Below, one piece after another: positions 54,306 to 64,000 of a stretch of DNA of 64,000 nucleotides. Each line of letters starts with the position of its first letter. Positions within the stretch are counted from its first letter, which is position 1. Origin of the DNA: the human T2T-CHM13v2.0 reference genome, Homo sapiens; assembly GCF_009914755.1 (NCBI RefSeq), contig NC_060927.1; one strand, given 5' to 3'. The notes beneath the pieces were generated by a model. That model was not told the DNA's origin and made no database searches. It saw only the letters and a program-made list of their open reading frames with translations. The position numbers and the translations under genes are program-made.

Positions 54306-55374
54306 TATCTACCACCTAATCCTTTTATTCTTTCACTTATGGGGGTAATTCCTAAAGACTACAAGTAGCAAATGTGAATTATAAACCATACATCACGACA
54401 TGCTGTATTAGTTTACCCATGTGAAACTCTGTGTTTGTGTGTGTGTTTCTAAAACCTGGTTGTGATATAAATGTTGAATCTTACAATTGCTACACAACAA
54501 TGAACTAGGTGCCACTGAACAAAAAATCTCAGATGAATGGCTGATGATTTATGCTTTCAGAAAATTTAGTGAATATTTACCAACTCCTGGGATCAATCTC
54601 ATATCATAGCAAAGATCAATGCTAGCATCTTTTTGTTGTCTGTTAATTAATTTCTGCCGAGATTCTACAATTCTTATATATCCTCCTAGAGTAATCCATC
54701 ATCATGGTAAGGCAAAAGGAATTCAATCCATCACTGCTGGATTCTGATAGAGGGCTTAGGGGGAATGCGAGTCATCCCCCAGCAGTAATCAAACAGCTGT
54801 GATACATGCCACTTTACGCTTATATCATCATATAATAGATGGCTTTCCTCTTCATGGAAGCTTGCCTTAAAATTTTCAGACAGATGGACCCTGATGCAAA
54901 GGTTTCATTTTGTGGAATTTAAGGCTGTGAACTAGTTATTGACAAATACTACATCATCAGTTCCAGTTGAAGACACAGCCTAATAAGTAGAACATTGGCA
55001 CTAATCCTTATTTAATCAGCCTTAAAATGGTAATTTCAAATTAATGAGGGCACAGGGAATAGATTTTGTACTCATAAAGTGCTTCTAAAAATACCAGTAA
55101 TATGTGTATAGAACGCAAGGGTGAAATTAAAGAGCTGTCAGCATGTATAATAAGAAGAATAAACTATAAAGTGCATAACAAAAGTACAACTGAAGGACCT
55201 CACAAAACTCAGAAAGGCAAATTCCTGTGGTCTTTCCAGTAACACATATTCATGTTTGTATTCTCCAGACTTAATCCATGGAACAAATATTCACAGGATT
55301 AAGAGAGAAGAATTTTTAGAATACTAGTAAAAGTGCCATTAAGAACTTGGGTCATTTCTGAAGACAGTGTAATC

Positions 55375-55540
55375 AGAGCGTGAATAAGCTCTAATGTTGA
55401 AAGGGATTTTAGGGCTCGTATGGTCCAATCCATAAGTTGATATATAAGCAGGATAAGACAGTTTAAACTATACAGAGTGAGCTGCTGGGTGAAAATTAGA
55501 ATCCAGACCTCCAACTGTTCAGTGTTTTCTATGTTCCTGT
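55375..55540 (-). mobile_element. MIR-family fragment
   Basis: 'ttgaaagggattttagggctcgtatggtccaatcc...aattagaatccagacctccaact'. Confidence 0.55.
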
Positions 55541-55989
55541 GCTGCCTCCTCAAACATAGGTCCATGAAGAAACAGTTGGCTTGTATCCGCCTCATGAGGA
55601 ATCATAGCTCTATCCTCTTTATTTAGATGATTCACCACCTGTAATTGTAAGAAAAGCTGGGATGCAGGCAAATTTGTCTTTTGACACATCTTTCCAATTT
55701 TTCTGTCTCCTCTGTGACAAGATCTCCAGAACACATCCTTTACACTCTCCTTAAGTCTTTGCTAAACCTGATTTCAGTAAAGAGTCAATGTACAGTAACA
55801 TGTGTTAATTAGGAAACTCTTTCCTGAATAAAGAACCTCAAATATAAAATCTCATGGCCACAGTATGAGTCTAATTGTGAATGCTTAATAGTTAAAGAAG
55901 ACGTGAATAAGAAAGTTCATGAAGCAGATTTGCCTTCTTTCCTGTGTTTCAAGCAGAGTCCTCATAGGCACAATTGGATATTTGACTTT

Positions 55990-56250
55990 AATAATAATAG
56001 CAGCAGCAACAAATACAACGAATAGAGACTGAGCATGCATGTCTGCATGGTACTAAGGGCATTATAGACATTAACCTTTCTTCTTGGAACAACCTTTTTT
56101 ATTATTATTAATCCCTACTTTATATAAAAGGAAATTGTGGAGCTGTTAACTCAATGAGTGTCTTAAAGCTAGTGAGTATCAGTAGAATTTGAACTCTCAT
56201 TTTTTTGATTTAAAAGTCTCCTTTCAATTATTCTAATGCACTACTTACTA
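55990..56250 (-). mobile_element. MIR fragment
   Basis: 'attattaatccctactttatataaaaggaaattgtgg...agctagtgagtatcagtagaatttgaactc'. Confidence 0.7.
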
Positions 56251-56529
56251 CCCCACACTGCTTTCCACATGCTAGAATTCTCTAGTTCACACTTGCTCCC
56301 TTCATATTCCCAAACAACTGGAATCTAATAATTGCACAGCAAAATTGGAGTGCCCGCAGCTTAGTTTCTATAGAATCAGAGTTTTAATATATCTCACTTT
56401 GGAAGTAATATACTATAAAAACATATGCATATTAGAATATTGGTATATTTACTAAATTGTTTTGGCCAAGAATCACACCAAAAAGAGGATAGAATATCTA
56501 CACTCCTAGAAGCAGGTTGGGGCAAAGTG

Positions 56530-56950
56530 CCTTAAAAATATTGCGGAGTGCTACAGGCAATCAGAGAATCAGGATACCCATTTCTCAGAAGGGTGATCAA
56601 TGAAGACTTCAGGGAACAGTTTATATCTGAGCTGGACCTTAATGTATGAGTAGGATGTTGAAGAGTTGAGGTGGAAGAACGGAATGTGAAGAAAAGGCAA
56701 AGTAATGGAAGCGAGTGGAAGAATATATAAAATATCCTGGCTTTTTTTTTCTTCTGAGTATCTTTGAAAAATACTGTCAATTTGAGCTACAAAGATTGGA
56801 TCTGCATTATTGGAAGTGAAGCATATTTAAGATATTTGGTCTTCAGGGTATTATTTTCAAATTATTAGCAGTGTGAAAGTTCAATGGCTGATTAGAGAAA
56901 GATAAGAGATGGAGAAGTCAATTAGAAGAAGATACCATTATTGACATTGT
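56530..56950 (-). mobile_element. L2 fragment(s)
   Basis: 'agtgctacagg...tcaatgaagacttcagggaacagtttatatctgagctggaccttaatgtatgagtagga'. Confidence 0.7.
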
Positions 56951-56959
56951 ATAAGTATT

Positions 56960-57062
56960 TCAATTATTTATATGACAAACCTAAAAACTGGATGCCAGTT
57001 TATTTTACAGATGAAAACATTAAAATTTATAGAGCTAGATAGCTTGCCCAACATCATAAAAC
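56960..57062 (-). mobile_element. MIR core fragment
   Basis: 'attttacagatgaaaacattaaaatttatagagctagatagcttgcccaacatcata'. Confidence 0.7.
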
Positions 57063-57424
57063 TTTTAAAAAAGAGAAAAAAAATTAAGAGGTTTAAGAAG
57101 ATGAAGATATTAACATTTGATAATTAAATGGTCATTTGCAGGCAATTTCTTCAGTAAAGAATAAAGACACATAGCAAAGAATGCAAGAATACAACTCTAA
57201 TTTCATAAATGATGAATAAATACAATGTATGATGGCAGGGTTACATAATTTCAGAGAATCTTGTGTGCTCATGAAGACAGTATGAAAATGGCTGGGACAG
57301 TGTGCAGGGGAGAAATGGGTAAACTAAGCAGGCATCACAGGGAAGTTAAGGAGTAGTAACAGCTTAAAGAGAGATGCTTAGAGAATCACAGGAATTTTGA
57401 AGAACTAGTAATACTGTGAAGCTG

Positions 57425-57901
<477 letters not shown>

Positions 57902-60444
57902 AATAATTAGAAATTTAAAAATATATACATTTATTAGAAACAAATAATTTCTGAATTCATTACCTCGTAATTAGATTAATAGTAAAAAATGTGATATAAT
58001 GTTTATCCTAGCCACTGTGTATAGAGAAGCTTAAACTGACTAATTTGTCAATATTCTATTTTCAAACCGTGTGGGCATACAATGATGTGTTTAGTTAATT
58101 TTAGTTTACATTTTCTTAATTTATTAGTTGCCTAATGAAACCTTATTTTAAAAATAAAATTTAAATCTTTAAATACATATACACTCATGTGTTGCAAAGT
58201 ATTATATTTTCAACTAATATCACAGACTTGAAGGAATATTCTCTTAAATAGGGCCACCTATTAATTAAGTCGCTATGGGTAGATTTTGTAAAAAGCATCA
58301 CTCCTCATCAATTCTGAATTTTTTTTAGCTTAGAGATGTTAGATTTAATAGTCACACTGCAAAAGGCTTATTTTTGTTTACATTCTATTTCTTTAAACTT
58401 TGTGGGACATTTTAAGAACCATATTACCTGGCTTTTGAAACTCCAGTGGTGATACATAAGTCAATTACAATTGCTAAATTTTGTTAATTCAAGACAGACA
58501 CAAGTGAATGGCATTGTAAAATCGATGGGATAAAGCATCCAAACCTACCAGCAATGTCAGCTTAAAAAGGCAAGGTAATTCAGTTGTAAGTTATTATTTA
58601 AGAGACTTCAAGGCTTATTTTATGCTGATCAAACTAATTATACACTGTAGAATACTCTCTAGGATAATTGAAGCTCTATCTTATCACTAAGATTTCTCTT
58701 GTCCTGTTGTTTTGTTAGTAGTAAAATTTAATTTGAAGTTACTTTAGGGTAAGTAATAATCTAGTAAACAAGAAAGGCCCAAATGAGAGGGAAAAGAAAA
58801 CCCAGCAGAGGCACATATTTAAAAGCTTTCTTGGTTTTCTTCAATTTTTCTCAGCATACCTGAGTTTGGAAATAAGTAAGATTCAAGTCAAATCAAGTCC
58901 ATATTTTCCAAACAACTTATCTAAATTATGATTAAAAATATTTACAATTTTTTTGTTCTACTTGAATTTTTTTGTTTTCATTGTCACTCTGTTCTCCAAG
59001 TTTCCTCCATGTTTTTTCAATAGCTGCTTCTCAGGTACTACTTTGCATCTCCACACTAGCAGATCTCCCATTTCCTCACCTGCTTGTGAGAGAAGCCCAC
59101 TCCTGGTGTACCAAATATAGGAATTGCTCCAGATTCTCATGAGTGTGAAGAATGATTCCCTAAGATTTGAGTTCTTGTACTCCGAGAGGTGTTAGGGGCA
59201 TGACATGCACCTGTCTAGTCCATGTAATTGCTCAAAAAATATTCCTGGACCTATATTAACTACAAAATAATACTATAGTATATTTGACTTTATATCTTGA
59301 CTTGAAGTGTCATATTTTGTTATGTTCCTTAAGCAGGAAGAACAGTATATGATAGATTGAGACCATAACTCTTGGTGTTTTGGGGTAAATTTACGTTGCT
59401 CATTCTATACCGTTATTTCTTCTTGTGGTGTTACTGGTGGAGATTCTAAATTCTTACGGAAACTAGCACAGTGATAGGTACAGGATAGATTCTCAAAAAT
59501 GTGTCAACTCTGTTGAATTAAAAAGCCTTCAGTATAGATTTACAGCCTGGAATTTGAATAGTAGCACAAATGGTTCAATTGCTTTTAAGGCTAAAATAAC
59601 TTATTTTGAATAAGGAATGGGGAGATCCATAATTCTACTTTATAATCAGGTATACTTGAAGATTATGTCTACACAGCCAAGGTGTTGTTTTATTAGCTGT
59701 TGCTGTTTATAATGTTCAGTCAGCAGTGCTGGTAAAAACTGAGGTTCTAAGTTCATAATCGTAATGTGTTTTAAAAGATGATTATTATAATGGGGATTTA
59801 ATTTTTAGAAGGAAAATCAAAGGAATAGGTGCAGTAATCATAGAGGAAGAAGGAATAGTCTTTGTGCGTATGTGTTAGCAAAGAGGCACTACATTTTTTT
59901 TTAAACTCCACGATAGAACTGTACACATTTGTAAAATAATATTTCCGCTGTATTTATGACATGTTTAGTCCCCAAATCTGATTTAATTATTTCACGATGG
60001 TAAAAATGATATGTATATTTTATTTGGAAATTATTGATAGTTTTAAACAGGGCTCAAAGTGGGCTCTCTAATGAACCATAAGGATCTATCTATTTTATAA
60101 TTACCTATTTGTCTGTAATTTAATGACTTCGAAGAGTAAATAAAACTTTCTGAAACAATCTTTATGCAAAAGATCATTGAATGCAGTCAAATGGTAGCGG
60201 TCCCCATGATGTAACTATTTGAATTCAAAGTATCTAAATACATTGTGAATACCTATGCTTTTTAATATAATTGATAAAATGTTTCATTTGGCTGTTTTTA
60301 AAAAATTATTCTTTTAAACAATTAATGGTGTCAAAAATAGTTTATATTAAATAGTTGATATTAATAGAGTCACTAGACAGTTGATTAAAATAAAAACAAA
60401 CCAGGATAATGAGTGAAAATGATCAATATTCAAAATGAATAAAC

Positions 60445-60650
60445 AATAATAATAGCAGCTATTCTGAGTGCTTACGATGCACCAGGCACTCTCATAAATG
60501 TTGTATATTTATTTGAATTGCATGGAAACTAAGGTATAATAATATTACAGAATCATCACCAAGCAAACACAGATAGTAAGAAGTATAATTGAGATTAAAC
60601 TCAAATAATCTCACTGTACTGACTATGCTCTTAACCACTTCATTATGGCA
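60445..60650 (-). mobile_element. MIR (internally deleted)
   Basis: 'ctgagtgcttacgatgcaccaggcactct...tatgctcttaaccact'. Confidence 0.8.
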
Positions 60651-61364
60651 ACGTGCAATAAATGTGTTAAGTACAACTTTAAATTCTTTTTCAAATTCAA
60701 ACTTAGGATTGTTAAGGTGACATATCAAAAAATTACAATATAATTAATGTATTAACTTTGAAAATGATTATGAATATCTTTTTATTTGATTTTTGAACAG
60801 AACAACTTGATATAGACTGTTTCATTTATTTTTACATGTCACATCCTCATAAGTGTTGAAACTTGAGAGAATATCATATACTCCGTTCTCTGGATGTCAG
60901 GATGTAACATCAGTGGAGGACAGATTAATTGACTGAAACCATAACTTGCTTTGGAATTGTCAGACACTACTGATCATGTATATCTGAAAATTCATTTGTT
61001 GCCATATGAAACTAATAGAATACAAAGAAAAGAAGAAACAAATTTATGAGTAACCAAAAAAGATAATATCAGGGATTAAGAAAAGTCTCATGCACAATGC
61101 TTTTCAACATGAATTTTGTGTTTTGAATAAAGTGAAAATCATTTCCTTTAGTTAAATATTAAAGTGTTTAATCATTAGTCATGCATACTGCAAATGTTTT
61201 TTTTTTCTGTGAAAGCATACATTTTTATCTCTGATGATGCTGGTGCTAATGTTAGCAATATGCCTCCATTAATGGTAAAATTATTATTTTGGCAACCTTC
61301 TAGAACATTGCCAATAATTTATTAATAACATATCTCAGCATATCACGAAATTTTCAATTTATCT

Positions 61365-61820
61365 TGGGTTAGTTGAGCACCTGTTTTAAAATAAAATGTG
61401 AAAAGTGATGTATAAATAAATAACACCACCCCTGCCTCAAGTTGAACTCATGAGAAAGAGTGGAGGGAAAGACCTGCTAATAACAGGAGCTAATAAACTC
61501 TTAAACATATAGCAATAATTTAAAAGTGTTACTGAACAAACAAGTTGGGATCAATTAATTCTGTCTGAGAGTGAAGAGCTTTGGAGGCTTAACATAGACC
61601 CACTGTCCCTGAACTATTCCTTGGAAGATGAGTATCAACTCACCAGAGGAATACTTTTTTTTTTTTTCAGAGAATGAAGAGATTTGGTAAGCCGTTGAAG
61701 CACACACAATTTGGAACATTGAAATGGGAAGAAAATGTGTGTGTGTTGAGGGACACATGTACTAAATTAGAGAGCAGAAAGATGTGGCAGCTTCATTTCT
61801 AAAGGGCCAAAGGATGTCTC
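61365..61820 (-). mobile_element. L2 fragment
   Basis: 'cccctgcctcaagttgaactca...aagtgttactgaac...aattctgtctgagagtgaagagcttt...cttggaagatgagta'. Confidence 0.65.
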
Positions 61821-63744
61821 AGATAAGAAGACAGGTTGGAGGCAAAGGTTAAGAGTAGAGAAGAGGCCCTAAGTTTGGGGCCAAAATTAACTTCTCCAGG
61901 AAGAAGAAATAGGTTTCATTCCTAGTCATTCACAAATAACCAGGACAGAAAGGGAAGGTGAATAGATATTTAGGTTATAGTTAAGGAGCTGCATATCCAT
62001 AGGAAATGGAATTAAGTATAGCAATGAAATTAAGATGGATTCACATGATGCATTCAATAAACTAATAACAGTGCATATTGATAAGTTTAAAACACCAAAA
62101 TTGGTTTAAAATTATTTCTTATCTTTTATATTTTAGGGAAAATATCTCTTTTTCAATGCAAGGAATAAGAATTATAACAACAATAGCAACTAACAGTTTG
62201 TGATTCCTGTGTAAGCACATAGCCACACTTAGCACTGTGCTAACAATGTTCTTTCCACAGATTTCCATGCATTGCAAAAGTTGAAATGTTTCCTAAATTA
62301 TAGTGTCTGGGTTTCTAATTCCATTTTCTTGCAAAATAAGGATTATAAATTGTGTTTAAATAGTTGTATTTTTATATTTTATTGTTAAAGCTATTACTGA
62401 TACTATTAATAATGGAAATTTGAACAGGGATGCTCCAATACAGTTAGTAATATTTGCACGTTTGGAATCATTCATACATACCTTAGCAGTTACTTAAATA
62501 TAGAACTGAAAATATATTAGTTAAGTATGTTAGGTTTACAAAACATATTAGCAGATGTAAGATTTAAATACCATTATGCCAAATTTTAAAACTTTTGAAA
62601 AAAAGCTTAAAAAGTTACTCTGGTAATCTGAAAACAATTTATTATGATTTGATTTAACTTAGTAATATGTTTGTCATGAGGGACATTTATTATAGCATAA
62701 TAGATACAAAATAGGAACAAAAATTTTTAAATAGCTGTGTTGGCAGCAAATTTTTGTTATTACCATGATAGTTAAATCAGTATATTAGTCACCTATTTAT
62801 GTGTATTTACCATAAAATAACTGACTTATTAAATTGAAATCAAGTCATTTTTTGTTTCTTAATTTTCACTGTGACCACTCATCCTGTTGATTACATGTTT
62901 AAGTACACTTCTAATTGATCATGGAGTCTTTTGCTATAAATTACAGAGATGGAATGACAGATTTCACAGGTTGGTTGTGGCTTAATGACAAATTTCACAG
63001 TTTGAATAGAAAAAGAATATAAACACACACAGGAATAAGGTAGTTACATGGATTCATGATGTGAAAAGCTCTTTTCTAATGTATGCAGACACATTGATAA
63101 ATTGAATGTGAGAATACAAAGAGAATATTAAGCAGTGAGGAAATCAAAGAATATGCTATCCATTACATCTATCTAAACTTTTATTTTAAAATAAAAGATA
63201 TATACAGGATTTGATGTTTAAAATTCACAACATATTAATCTAGTATAACCTAATAAAAACATACAGCTTTAATAAATGAAATGTTATTGAGTAAAAAATT
63301 GGAATTGCATTACATTTTTCTCATATGTATGGTATTTTCCACCCATTATGCCTTTGATTCTGAAAGGAACCAATTCGTTGCAAAAACATAGCACTTTTCA
63401 AAACCACAGCATCCAGGTTTTCATAAAGGACTGTCAGGTTAATAGACACCTGAATATTAAAGAGAGGTCTTTGAGTGATGGGCAAACTTCTAAGTTTTAA
63501 TGATCACGATACCAGGGTTCACGAGGCAGAATTTTGATTTTCTTTTGGTTTGAGAATGACACTTTATAATAATAACTAATATAATTTTTAATTTATTTTT
63601 ATACCTTGTTTTGTGGATCTTTAAAATTAGTCAGAAAATATGAAATGGTAGCTAACTCAAAACTAGTGACTATAAGAAGAAAATTTGGAAGATTTTTAAA
63701 AATCATGTTAATATAATGCATTTTTATTAATATCAGAAAATTAG

Positions 63745-63915
63745 TAACATAGTATTTAAGTGATTAGTCTCTGAAGTCTGACAGGCCAGGGTTCAAATGC
63801 TTCCAAGCAATGAGCCCTTAGACAAGTTTTATAAATTCACTAAGAATCAGTTTTTCTGTATCTAAAAATGACGGAACGGTAGTTTTGCATGTAATAAATA
63901 AATGTTCATTTATTT
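63745..63915 (+). mobile_element. MIR fragment
   Basis: 'catagtatttaagtg...tctctgaagtctgacaggccagggttcaaatgc...tcagtttttctgtatctaaaaatg'. Confidence 0.8.
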
Positions 63916-64000
63916 AATGTATTTTCTTACTATTATTAGTAAAAATTGTATTTATGTAGCTGAGTGATGTACTTGTAAGAATGTTTGTTGCAAAATTATT

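Overview
AT-rich, CpG-poor primate (most likely human) non-coding genomic DNA, either a large intron or gene-poor intergenic space. The recognisable content is interspersed repeats: 14 Alu copies (J, S and Y lineages), short L1 3'-end fragments, solo LTRs (two MLT2B, MLT1A, MST), DNA-transposon fossils (MER5, MER1B, Tigger2a, MER44, half MADE1, one unassigned hAT MITE), many MIR/L2 remnants and microsatellites. No supplied ORF is a credible gene, and there are no RNA genes, CRISPR arrays or prokaryotic features. I cannot name the locus and found no supportable novel biological system. The best leads are two co-oriented CTCF motifs (one with the upstream zinc-finger 9-11 module), two candidate + strand exons (13525 and 8698), repeat-free motif-rich blocks that look like enhancers, and several small mutational snapshots. 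Repeat subfamily calls and old-repeat boundaries were made by eye from remembered consensus sequences and are approximate.
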